A DNA stretch of 64,000 nucleotides from Thermodesulfobacteriota bacterium (lineage in GTDB: Bacteria; Desulfobacterota; Desulfobaccia; Desulfobaccales; 0-14-0-80-60-11), in NCBI GenBank assembly GCA_040757175.1, contig JBFLXM010000080.1, forward strand, positions 213-64,212, written 5' to 3'. The translations under genes were made by a program, and so were the position numbers. The notes below the pieces were generated by a model. It made no database searches. It was not told the origin of the DNA and saw only the letters and a program-made list of their open reading frames with translations. The stretch's first letter is position 1. Each line of letters begins with the position of its first letter. Shown one piece after another: positions 7,762 to 16,426 of the stretch.

Positions 7762-10695
7762 TCAATTATTAATCAAGAGTACATCTAAAGTTCCAACATC
7801 CACAACTCCCCTTACCATCAGGGGCCGCATCATGTCATTCTCTTCGTGCCCCAGGATGTGGCAGTGCCACACGTACTCATGGCCGAAGTCGGTCGTGACG
7901 TTAACCGTAGGAGTTGTGGTAATGGGTTGTCCGGTTTTGGGGTTGATGTTGGTGAAACCCTCTGTGGAACCCAACGGCCGCGAGGGATTAAGAGGCCGAC
8001 GGCTGCGCGGGACTCCAAAGGGAAGGGTAGGCAAATCGGCCTTCTGGGCGATAAAGATGGATTCCAACGGGTTCATCCGGATGGTTTCCTTCCAGCCCCT
8101 CTCATAGGGCTCCGGGGGTTTGATCACCCCGTCCCAGCCAACCCGGTTGATAATCTGGGCATTGTTCAGATGGAGGTGAACGGGATGGGTGTCCACGCCA
8201 TTATGGGTAATCTTCCAAAGCTGGATCTCGCCTCTGAAAAATTTCTCTACGGGCGGATCGATGTAAGTGAAACCGATGCCGTTTGATCTGGCCGGATTCG
8301 CGGTGGGATCGAAGATTTCATAACCCAGGGTGGCATTCATCCGGCCATATGGCTCAAAAAGCTCAACTATGGCCTTCTGCCCCGCTTCCAGAGTTTTCGG
8401 CAAGGTGGTACCAAGCGGGAGGTAGGTTAGGGAAGTGTCATTGATATGAGCATGATAATCGACGGGGGAACTATAAGCCCCCGGATAATAGGTTTGCGGC
8501 ACGATGGGCGGTGGCTGGGACAGCACGTAAGCGTTGGGCAAGGCTGCTTCCAACGCAGCCAGATTATAGGGGGAGGCAGGAGTTCCATTTACCCGGAATT
8601 GCATGATGGTCCGGGTGTTGGGGCCGATCCCCACCTGGGTCTGGGGGGCGCCGCCCGTATCGGTCAGATCCGGGTTGCCCGTGTAGTAGTCGTAGCGGGG
8701 TTGGAAGCCCGGCACGGGCGCGGGGGCGTCGTTATAGAGAATAACGTTGGTGCCCGGCGCCACCCCGGAGAAGTCGACGATGACGTCGGCTCGCTCCGCA
8801 GGTCCCAAAAAGACCGTTACGCCTTTAATGGTGGGGTCTACTCCCTCTAAGTTCTGAACGTTCCCAAAGGTGGCGCTGCCCCGGTCATAGTCATAGTTAA
8901 CCGGCTGGTTTTCCCGCACCGTCACCGCCGGCAGGATGCCGCCTTCAGTGCCGATCTGGACAAAATTGGGTCCCCTGGTGGCCGGGTCCGGCACGCCGCC
9001 ATCCCTGCCGTCCTTCGGCCAAGTGGGAGGATAGCTCCCATTCGGGACCGCCTGAACCATACTGACTTCCGTAGTGGCGCCAATGGTGACGGTGGGAGCG
9101 GAGGTATAACCGCTGCCGGGGTTGGTAATGGTGATAGCGGTAACCTGCCCCCCTGAAATCGTGGCGTAAGCCATGGCCCCGAAACCGCCGCCGCCGGTGA
9201 TGTTGATCCCGGGAGGCCGGACAAAACGGGTGCCGCCGTTGGTAACCGTGATCGCCGAGAGATTTCCAGTCGGATTAACGGTGGCCGTGGCCGTAGCCCC
9301 GGAGCCGCCGCCCGAGGCGTCCAAATACATCTGCAGATTAACAAAGCGGTCGTTACAGGCATTGAGGATCCGGAACCGGTAGGCCTTGGGTTCCACGTTC
9401 AGGTGAGGGTAAACGGTGCCGTTGACCATCATGACGTCCATGAAGGATTCGGGCACGACGCTGGTGGGGTAATTCTGGGGGTTGTTCACGTCCGTCCCCG
9501 GCAGCGGTAAAGCGGCCTTCATCTGCGGAGCCTCTTCCAACGGAGCCAAGATGTTGGGCTGCACCCAGGGGCCAAAGTCCCAGCGGCCGTAGGCGTTCAT
9601 CCCGGAGGGGTCAGTCAGGCTCTGGTTCGGCTCATAGATGTGGGGGAAATAGAGATCGCCATACGTCCCCCAGGCTAAATTCCACTTGGTATCCTGGACG
9701 GTGGCCACGTCAAGGGGTACGAAGCTTTTATCCTGAATGATTAAAGGAATGCCCCATTTGTAAACCCCGCCGCCCTGATCAGGAATGATCTTGGCGAGAC
9801 CCGGATTGACGCCCGTATTATTGGTGCCGTCGATCAAATCATCCTCCACCGGGTCGTGGAGCAGGTAGCCCGCGGCCACGCCGGCATAGACCCCGAGGCG
9901 GGTGATCGCCAAGGCGTGCTCGTGGTAAAACATCAAGCGGCCGCTCTGTTGGTTCGTATAATAATAGGTCGCGCTCCCCGCACCAGGATTCGGCATGTCG
10001 GGGACCTGTTTAAAACTCGCGCCTGTGAGATAGGAGCTTGTTTCTCCCGCGGGGGTAAACCATTGGTGCGGCGTCCCATCACTGATCCAGGGAGTAAACG
10101 CGCCATGGAGATGGTTGGAGTGGCGGTTCTCGGTGTAATAACCTGCCGAGGGGCCAAGGGGCCCCTCCCCGGCCCCCAGGAGGGTGATGTCCACCGGGAG
10201 GGGGAGTTTGCCCGCAGCGCCAACACCCAGTTGGTTGGTGAGCTTGATCCGCACCGGCCGGTCGCGTTCGGCCACGATCACGGGTCCCAGATATTGCGGG
10301 TCCGCTGCCGCACCGGTGCCGAGGTCCACATAACCCCGGAATTGGGAGGCTTTGGGCAGGTCAGTATGCACCTTTTTCGTGTAACCAGTTATGCCGAGTT
10401 GGTAATAATCGCTACCCGGGTACGTGGTTGTATCCTTGACGGCAATGGGGATATATTGCCCCAGGTTGTTGGCGCCGGTTACGCCGCCATCTGCGGATAA
10501 ACCAGGCAGGGAGTCGACAAACTTCCGCAGTGCCGTTCCGGTGTTGCTGCCGAGTGGGCTGATGCCCGAGGGGCTATTGGCATAAAAAGTCGCTCCTGCC
10601 GGGCCGGTATTTGCGAAGGCCGGGTTGCCCCCCCATGGCAGTACAGCTACCATCAATGCCAACCCCATAACCAATAAAAATCTAGGCTTTCTCAT
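7762..10695 (-). CDS. Large multicopper oxidase (977 aa) with an internal tandem-repeat insert
   Basis: Cu-ligand motifs 'HSNHLHG', 'MFYHEHA', 'HPVHLHL', 'HCHILGHEENDMM'. Start moved to ATG 10695 ('MRKPRFLLVMGLALM', signal peptide), which is preceded by GGGAGGGG. The ORF track extends to 10746. Confidence 0.85.
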   Translation of the reverse strand: MRKPRFLLVMGLALMVAVLPWGGNPAFANTGPAGATFYANSPSGISPLGSNTGTALRKFVDSLPGLSADGGVTGANNLGQYIPIAVKDTTTYPGSDYYQLGITGYTKKVHTDLPKASQFRGYVDLGTGAAADPQYLGPVIVAERDRPVRIKLTNQLGVGAAGKLPLPVDITLLGAGEGPLGPSAGYYTENRHSNHLHGAFTPWISDGTPHQWFTPAGETSSYLTGASFKQVPDMPNPGAGSATYYYTNQQSGRLMFYHEHALAITRLGVYAGVAAGYLLHDPVEDDLIDGTNNTGVNPGLAKIIPDQGGGVYKWGIPLIIQDKSFVPLDVATVQDTKWNLAWGTYGDLYFPHIYEPNQSLTDPSGMNAYGRWDFGPWVQPNILAPLEEAPQMKAALPLPGTDVNNPQNYPTSVVPESFMDVMMVNGTVYPHLNVEPKAYRFRILNACNDRFVNLQMYLDASGGGSGATATATVNPTGNLSAITVTNGGTRFVRPPGINITGGGGFGAMAYATISGGQVTAITITNPGSGYTSAPTVTIGATTEVSMVQAVPNGSYPPTWPKDGRDGGVPDPATRGPNFVQIGTEGGILPAVTVRENQPVNYDYDRGSATFGNVQNLEGVDPTIKGVTVFLGPAERADVIVDFSGVAPGTNVILYNDAPAPVPGFQPRYDYYTGNPDLTDTGGAPQTQVGIGPNTRTIMQFRVNGTPASPYNLAALEAALPNAYVLSQPPPIVPQTYYPGAYSSPVDYHAHINDTSLTYLPLGTTLPKTLEAGQKAIVELFEPYGRMNATLGYEIFDPTANPARSNGIGFTYIDPPVEKFFRGEIQLWKITHNGVDTHPVHLHLNNAQIINRVGWDGVIKPPEPYERGWKETIRMNPLESIFIAQKADLPTLPFGVPRSRRPLNPSRPLGSTEGFTNINPKTGQPITTTPTVNVTTDFGHEYVWHCHILGHEENDMMRPLMVRGVVDVGTLDVLLINN

Positions 10696-10968
10696 TTTAT
10701 TCCCCTCCCTGAGGTCCGGGTAAATTATCCGCTTTGCGGCCACCACCGCAGTAAATGCCTTACCGAAACCTAATCTCCGCCTAGCCCATGTCCTTAAACG
10801 CCCAGACTCAAAGACTCAGGCAGCTTGGTCACCAACCAGCAGGAAGACCCGCAAAGGTCTCGATATGCCCTCACGCCCCTACTGATCCCCAGCAAATTTC
10901 TTCAAGTGGTAACTAAGGTAAAAGGTTCTGGGGGCAGAGGCAATTGGCGAAAACCCCTATTTATTACT

Positions 10969-10984
10969 AGGCAAAAATGCCTAT
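10969..10984. promoter_or_regulatory. Palindrome TAGGCA-AAAA-TGCCTA in the spacer upstream of the multicopper oxidase
   Basis: Read directly. Shares the word AAAAT(A/G)CCTATTT with the two direct repeats at 11720 and 11744. Confidence 0.3.
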
Positions 10985-11074
10985 TTTACCGGTTCGGTCC
11001 CGGCGCCTCGCCATGCCCCATTACCCTGAAAAACAAAACGAGTCGATCCCGGCACTATCCGGAATAACCCGGCA

Positions 11075-11515
11075 TTATCTGAGGTATGCCTCATTTGCTT
11101 CCCACGCCTTCCTCAAATCCGCCATGGCCTTATCCAGATCGGCTTTCTGCTGGCCCCAGGCCTTCTCGGAGGCCTTTTGCAGGGCGGTTAATTGGTTCCC
11201 GGCCGCGGTTTTTTGCATCTGCAGTCTGTTCGCCGACTGGATAAGCAGGCGTTTCATCTGCGGCGACCCGGTGGTGGCTTTAACTCTTAAGTCAGCAATT
11301 TTTTGCTGGATTGCCTCCAATTCCTGGGCCGTATTTTTCTCGTAGGACTGCCTTTCCGCGGGGGTGAAGCTTTTTGCCGTCCCCGCCGGTTCGCCCTTTA
11401 CTTCCGGGCTCTGGGACCGGGTGGCCGGCGGCTTATCTTTTTGCTGCTGCGCACTCCCGTAACCCGGAGCGATTGCCAGCAGCACGGCCATGAACATTAT
11501 TCCAAGCCATTGCAT
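11075..11515 (-). CDS. Periplasmic helical protein with an LTXXQ-type motif (Spy/CpxP/ZraP-like)
   Basis: 146 aa; signal peptide 'MFMAVLLAIAPGYGSA'; 'LTALQ' and 'FTPAERQ' motifs; Lys/Gln/Ala-rich helical sequence. Confidence 0.55.
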   Translation of the reverse strand: MQWLGIMFMAVLLAIAPGYGSAQQQKDKPPATRSQSPEVKGEPAGTAKSFTPAERQSYEKNTAQELEAIQQKIADLRVKATTGSPQMKRLLIQSANRLQMQKTAAGNQLTALQKASEKAWGQQKADLDKAMADLRKAWEANEAYLR

Positions 11516-11719
11516 CCGCGACGTTCTCCTTAATTAGGCCGTGCCAGAAAATCTGACCCCTGCCTTGATTAACTCTCCATCATCCTATTCGACGGATCGC
11601 CTTAAAAAAGTTTACCATTTTTACCCATCTGGGATATCAAAGAAGACTCTATTCTGACCATATAAAAATATGGATATGTACTTAGTAGGTTAAAGCAAAA
11701 AGCCGAAAAAGCTATCGGT

Positions 11720-11755
11720 GAAAATACCTATAATAAAATAGGCGAAAATACCTAT
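11720..11755. promoter_or_regulatory. Direct repeat GAAAATACCTAT x2 (24-nt spacing) in the divergent spacer
   Basis: gaaaatacctat at 11720-11731 and 11744-11755; lies between the minus-strand LTXXQ/MCO genes and the plus-strand NosL operon. Confidence 0.3.
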
Positions 11756-11880
11756 TTGTCTTAACCTGGCCCCACAGGCTCATACCTTTCTCCCTAAAGA
11801 ACCGGTTTTCCCGCCTTGATTTCTTCCATAAAAAACCTATGTTCTTAAACGTGTCGGCAGCAAAATTGGCTGCGGGCAGG

Positions 11881-11986
11881 TTATACCCTGTTCGCTTAGA
11901 AATGAAACAAACTAACACGCTTACATATTGACATCACTCGTAGGGGCGGGGTTGAAACCCGCCCCTACAATGCGAACATGGTATTA
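11881..11986. mobile_element. MITE-like 106-bp element, copy A
   Basis: Terminal inverted repeat ttataccCtgttcgc...gcgaacatggtatta; internal hairpin gtaggggcggggttgaaacccgcccctac; about 92% identical to 33119-33224. Confidence 0.55.
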
Positions 11987-12116
11987 CAGGCTTAATTTAT
12001 CCTGGTAAAATAATTGCCGTTTTCCAGTTCACCGGGGTAAACCAACGGCAAATCTGGCTCAACCTTTAGGGAGAACCGGTGATGGGGAAAAAAATCCACG
12101 ACCTCAGGAGGAAGCA

Positions 12117-12647
12117 ATGAAAAAGAGGATTTTGTGCGGGGTGCTGGCGGCGTTATTCTTATTAACCGGGGTAGTAGTTTATGCCGAAACCATGCCGGAT
12201 ATTCAAGCGCATAAGAACTGTAAATATTGTGGCATGGACCGGGAAAAATTTGGGCACAGCCGGATGCTGACGGAGTATGCCGATGGTTCCAGCTTTGGTT
12301 CATGCAGCATCCACTGCACGGCCATCGATCTGGCCCAAACCCTTGATAAGCAGCCGCAAGCCTTCCTGGTGGGGGATTACAATAAGAAGAATCTGATCGA
12401 TGCCGAAAAAGCCTACTGGGTCATCGGCGGCAACAAACCGGGGGTCATGACCAAAACGGCTAAATGGGCCTTTGCCGACAAGAAGGACGCCGAGGCCTTT
12501 ATTAAGGAAAATGGCGGCAAACTCGCCAATTTTGAAGACGCCATGAAGGCTGCTTACGAGGATATGTATAACGATACCAAGATGATCCGGGAAAAGCGGG
12601 CCAAAATGAAGCAGATGAAGCAGATGCACCATGAGGAAAAGAAGTAG
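12117..12647 (+). CDS. NosL-like copper chaperone family protein with a Met/His/Lys-rich C-terminus
   Basis: 176 aa; signal peptide; 'CKYCGMDREKF...SCSIHC'; tail 'KMKQMKQMHHEEKK'; strong RBS AGGAGGAAG before the ATG. Confidence 0.7.
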   Translation: MKKRILCGVLAALFLLTGVVVYAETMPDIQAHKNCKYCGMDREKFGHSRMLTEYADGSSFGSCSIHCTAIDLAQTLDKQPQAFLVGDYNKKNLIDAEKAYWVIGGNKPGVMTKTAKWAFADKKDAEAFIKENGGKLANFEDAMKAAYEDMYNDTKMIREKRAKMKQMKQMHHEEKK

Positions 12648-12745
12648 ATAGGTGGGAAACGGGCCGGTGCGAAACCGCAATTTCCCTGGAAATTTCCCAC
12701 TGGCCCTATCTCTGTATAAGGCGCGCTCGACGCCAGGGAGTGCTG

Positions 12746-13231
12746 ATGAAATCCTTTAAATTCTTTATTATCTTTAGTTTCCTGGTCTTATGCATAACCG
12801 GTCTCCTCTGGGGCGCAGAGGAGATAAAGCCCGCCAAGATTACCCAGGCGGATAAGTGCCCGGTTTGCGGCATGTTTGTGGCCAAATATCCTGATTTTGT
12901 GGCGCAGATCGTCTTTAAAGATGGCGCCAACGCCTTTTTTGATGGCGTTAAGGACATGATGAAGTATTACTTCAACCTGCCTAAATATAATCCCGGGAAA
13001 ACCCATAATGATATCGCCCTCATCTTGGTGACGGATTATTATAGTATGAAGCTGGTAAACGGCCTCCAGGCCCATTATGTCATCGGCAGCGACATTTACG
13101 GACCCATGGGCAAAGAGCTGATCCCTTTTCAAGATGCAGCCGCGGCCAAGGACTTTAACCTCGATCATAAGGGCAAGGAAATTTTGCAATTTAACAATAT
13201 AACCCCGGACATCATTAAGACCCTGAATTAA
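12746..13231 (+). CDS. NosL family protein
   Basis: 'DKCPVCGMFVAKYPDFVAQIVFKDG...FFDGVKDMMKYY'. ATG 12746 is preferred because AGGGAG lies 5 nt upstream; the ORF track starts at GTG 12740. Confidence 0.8.
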   Translation: MKSFKFFIIFSFLVLCITGLLWGAEEIKPAKITQADKCPVCGMFVAKYPDFVAQIVFKDGANAFFDGVKDMMKYYFNLPKYNPGKTHNDIALILVTDYYSMKLVNGLQAHYVIGSDIYGPMGKELIPFQDAAAAKDFNLDHKGKEILQFNNITPDIIKTLN

Positions 13232-13313
13232 TCAGGCTAACCCTTAGGGGTGGCAGCACTAAACCTGTTTGGCGGCGATCAGCCAGGTATTTGGCAATTA
13301 GCGGGATAAGGCC

Positions 13314-13613
13314 TTGCGAAAATCAGACGGATTCTTGCTCTTTATTGGGGCTTCCCTGGTGCTGCTGGCGTTCATCCTCATACAGGCGGGATACGTAGCC
13401 CAAGGCGACTTTGCCTTGCTCCGGCAAAAGGCCCAGGTGGTCAAGAACCTGGGGCTCACCGACCTCTGCCTGTCCACGGAAGCCCGATATACCCGGCACC
13501 CCTCCCAGGCTGATGGGCACACCGCGCGGCAAAGTCATCCCCTGGCCCTGGACCATTTCCCCAGCGGCTCGATTATCGGTCCTCCGGAAATCCTCCAGAA
13601 GCTCCATGATTAA
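13314..13613 (+). CDS. Small single-pass membrane protein (function unknown)
   Basis: 99-aa ORF with a TTG start; TM 'FLLFIGASLVLLAFILI'; high GC3; stop overlaps the permease ATG by 8 nt (ATGATTAA). Confidence 0.5.
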   Translation: MRKSDGFLLFIGASLVLLAFILIQAGYVAQGDFALLRQKAQVVKNLGLTDLCLSTEARYTRHPSQADGHTARQSHPLALDHFPSGSIIGPPEILQKLHD

Positions 13614-14742
13614 AGCCATCGACAAGCAGCGGTATATTCTGGACTTTACCCTTTCCTCCCTGTGGCGGCGCAAGGGCAAGAATCTGGCCTTGGTGCTGGT
13701 CTATACCCTGGTGGTCTTTATCCTGGGATCGGTCATGTTCTTTACCCAGGCCTTGAAAAACGAAGCGGCCGTGGTCTTAAGGGGGTCCCCGGAAATCATT
13801 GTCCAAAAGATAGTGGCCGGCAGACACGATCTCATCCCCGTGTCCTATGGCTCCCGGATCGGCAAAATCCGGGGGGTCAACGCGGTTAAGGCTCGTTTCT
13901 GGGGGTATTATTATGATCCGGTGGCCAAGGCCAATTATACCTTGATGGTGCCGGAGGATCTGCCTCTGAAAGATCAGGAGATCGTGGTGGGGGCCGGCAT
14001 TTCCCGGGTGCGCCGGGTCTTTCGAGGCAACAGCATCGTCTTCCGGACCTATGACGGCAAGCCCGCCACTTTTTTCCTTAAGGGAATTCTCAGCCCGGAA
14101 TCGGAATTACTGTCCTCTGACTTGATATTGATTTCCGCCCCGGGGTTCGCCTCCCTTTTCGGCATCCCTCCGGACCGGGCCACGGATTTGACCGTGCAAG
14201 TGGCAAACAAGAAAGAAATTCCCACCATTGCCGCCAAAATCGTCGACGCCCTGCCTGATACCCGGGCCATTACCCGGGAGGAAATCTTAAGGACTTATGA
14301 TGCGGTCTTCGATTGGCGGGGGGGCATCATGATCGCCATTCTTGCCGGCGCGGTCCTGGCCTTTCTGATCTTTGCCTGGGATAAAGCCGCGGGGTTGAGC
14401 GCCGAAGAGAAGCGGGAGATCGGCATCCTCAAGGCCATCGGCTGGGAAACCGCTGATGTCCTGCAGATGAAATTCTGGGAAGGCCTGGTGATCTCCCTGT
14501 CATCCTTCTTTCTGGGAATCATCTTGGCGTATTTCCACATCTTTTACGCCTCAGCCACCCTTTTCGAACCGGTGCTCAAAGGCTGGTCCGTTCTCTATCC
14601 GCATTTTAACCTGACCCCCTTTATCAGTGGCTATCAAATCGCCATCCTCTTCTTTATTACGGTTATTCCCTATACCGTGGCCACCATTATCCCCTCTTGG
14701 CGGGCGGCCACCATCGATCCCGATGCGGTTATGAGAACCTGA
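13606..14742 (+). CDS. ABC transporter permease, FtsX/MacB-like
   Basis: Start set at 'MIKAIDKQRYILDFTLSSLWRRKGKNL'; TM1, extracytoplasmic domain, then three C-terminal TMs ('EIGILKAIGW' FtsX signature). Confidence 0.85.
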   Translation: MIKAIDKQRYILDFTLSSLWRRKGKNLALVLVYTLVVFILGSVMFFTQALKNEAAVVLRGSPEIIVQKIVAGRHDLIPVSYGSRIGKIRGVNAVKARFWGYYYDPVAKANYTLMVPEDLPLKDQEIVVGAGISRVRRVFRGNSIVFRTYDGKPATFFLKGILSPESELLSSDLILISAPGFASLFGIPPDRATDLTVQVANKKEIPTIAAKIVDALPDTRAITREEILRTYDAVFDWRGGIMIAILAGAVLAFLIFAWDKAAGLSAEEKREIGILKAIGWETADVLQMKFWEGLVISLSSFFLGIILAYFHIFYASATLFEPVLKGWSVLYPHFNLTPFISGYQIAILFFITVIPYTVATIIPSWRAATIDPDAVMRT

Positions 14743-14749
14743 GGCCCTA

Positions 14750-15433
14750 ATGATCGAACTGCAGCACCTCAGAAAGGTTTTCAATGCGGGCTGGCCCAAT
14801 GAATATGTGGCCATTCACGACTTGAACCTGGAGATCGCCGCGCACCAGGTGACGGTGCTCACCGGCCCCAGCGGCTCGGGCAAGACCACCGTGTTGAGCC
14901 TTCTGGGCTGCATGGCCAGGCCCACGGCCGGCCGCATTATGCTCGGGGAGCGGGAAATTACCAGCCTGCCAGAGCGTTTTCTCACCCAAATCCGGCGCAC
15001 CACCTTTGGCTTCATCTTTCAGCAATTTAATCTGATCAGGGGCATCACCGTCCTGGAGAACGTCATGCTGCCGGCCTATCCCTTGGGTGAGCCGTTGGGG
15101 GGTCTGAAGAAGCGGGCTCTGAACCTGCTGGACCTGTTAAACCTGGCGTCCAAGGCGGCCGCCAAAGTGGAATGGCTTTCCGGGGGCGAAGCCCAGCGCA
15201 CCGCCATCGCCCGGGCCCTGGTGAACAATCCTGGGGTGATTATCGCCGACGAACCCACGGCCCACCTGGATACCGGGTTGTCCCGGGAGTTTCTGGACAT
15301 TATGCGCGATTTTAAAGGCCAGGGGAAAACCATCCTGATTGCCAGCCACGACCCCATGGTCCACGACTCCGAGATCGTGGACCGCGTGGTGCGGATGCGG
15401 GACGGCCGCATCATCGATGCCGGAGTATTCTGA
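14750..15433 (+). CDS. ABC transporter ATP-binding protein (MacB/LolD-like)
   Basis: Walker A 'GPSGSGKTT'; signature 'LSGGEAQR'; Walker B 'VIIADEPT'; H-loop 'ILIASHD'. Confidence 0.9.
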   Translation: MIELQHLRKVFNAGWPNEYVAIHDLNLEIAAHQVTVLTGPSGSGKTTVLSLLGCMARPTAGRIMLGEREITSLPERFLTQIRRTTFGFIFQQFNLIRGITVLENVMLPAYPLGEPLGGLKKRALNLLDLLNLASKAAAKVEWLSGGEAQRTAIARALVNNPGVIIADEPTAHLDTGLSREFLDIMRDFKGQGKTILIASHDPMVHDSEIVDRVVRMRDGRIIDAGVF

Positions 15434-16426
15434 GTGTTTTTTAAACCGGGAATTATTGCCCTCTTTCTCAGTTCCTTCCTGATAAGCGGCATGGTGCTGT
15501 ACGCCTCTTTCTCCGGCGCGCTGATTTTAAGGTATTGGGATATCCACAGCGGCAGCGAAACCCAGTTGCGGCTGGAGAGAAAGACTTACCTCATATCCAC
15601 GATTCTCGGTTATGCCTTTGTTTTCCAACTGTTTTCCTTCTTCTTGTTTATTTACACCGCGGACACTCTCCATCCCTTTTTTACCGGGGCCATGTGTGCG
15701 GTGGGCTCCCTCAACGTCAATCAATGGGGCTTCCCCCTCATAATGCTCAAAATAATTACCTTTCTCCTGGCAGGACTTTGGCTCATCATCAATTTTACGG
15801 ATAACCGGGGTTACGATTATCCCCTCATCAAAGCCAAATACCTTCTCCTTCTGGCCATGGCGCCCTTGATTCTGACCGAGGCCGTAATACAAGCCAAATA
15901 TTTCCTGGGGCTTAACCCGGAGGTCATCACCTCCTGCTGCGGTTCGCTGTTTACCGCGGACACCAAGGGGGTGCCTGCCGAGATTATCTCCTTGCCGCGC
16001 CCGGTCATGGAGATCATGTTTTATGGGGCTATGATCGGGACTCTAACTTTGGGCGGGGTGTTCTATCGCACCGGAACCATGGGTTACGCGTTTGCCGCTG
16101 CAGTTTTATTGACCTTGCTGGTATCCATCGCCTCCTTCATTTCGTTTATTTCCATTTATTTTTATGAACTGCCCACCCATCATTGCCCTTTCTGCATTTT
16201 ACAGAAGGAATACGGCTATATCGGCTATTGCCTCTATCTGCTGCTTTTGGTGGGAGGTTTGGCCGGCATGGGCGCGGGCCTCCTGATGCCCTTCCGGCAG
16301 ATTCCCAGCCTAAAAGAGACGTTGCCGTCCATGCAGAGGCATCTTACCTTGACCTCGATCATCTCCTATCTGTTATTTACCGGCATCGCCACCTACCAGA
16401 TCATCTTTTCCAATCTCAAAATGTAA
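15434..16426 (+). CDS. Polytopic Cys-rich membrane protein (function unknown), last gene of the NosL/ABC operon
   Basis: 330 aa; about 8 hydrophobic helices; 'SCCGSLF' and 'HHCPFCILQ' motifs; GTG start abuts the ATPase stop. Confidence 0.65.
   Translation: MFFKPGIIALFLSSFLISGMVLYASFSGALILRYWDIHSGSETQLRLERKTYLISTILGYAFVFQLFSFFLFIYTADTLHPFFTGAMCAVGSLNVNQWGFPLIMLKIITFLLAGLWLIINFTDNRGYDYPLIKAKYLLLLAMAPLILTEAVIQAKYFLGLNPEVITSCCGSLFTADTKGVPAEIISLPRPVMEIMFYGAMIGTLTLGGVFYRTGTMGYAFAAAVLLTLLVSIASFISFISIYFYELPTHHCPFCILQKEYGYIGYCLYLLLLVGGLAGMGAGLLMPFRQIPSLKETLPSMQRHLTLTSIISYLLFTGIATYQIIFSNLKM

Noticed and set aside
12117-13231. Interpreting the two NosL genes as evidence for a nitrous oxide reductase (nos) cluster
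   Set aside because: There are no nosZ, nosD, nosR or NosY-type permease genes in the window. The context is copper efflux and oxidase, so only the chaperone family assignment is retained.
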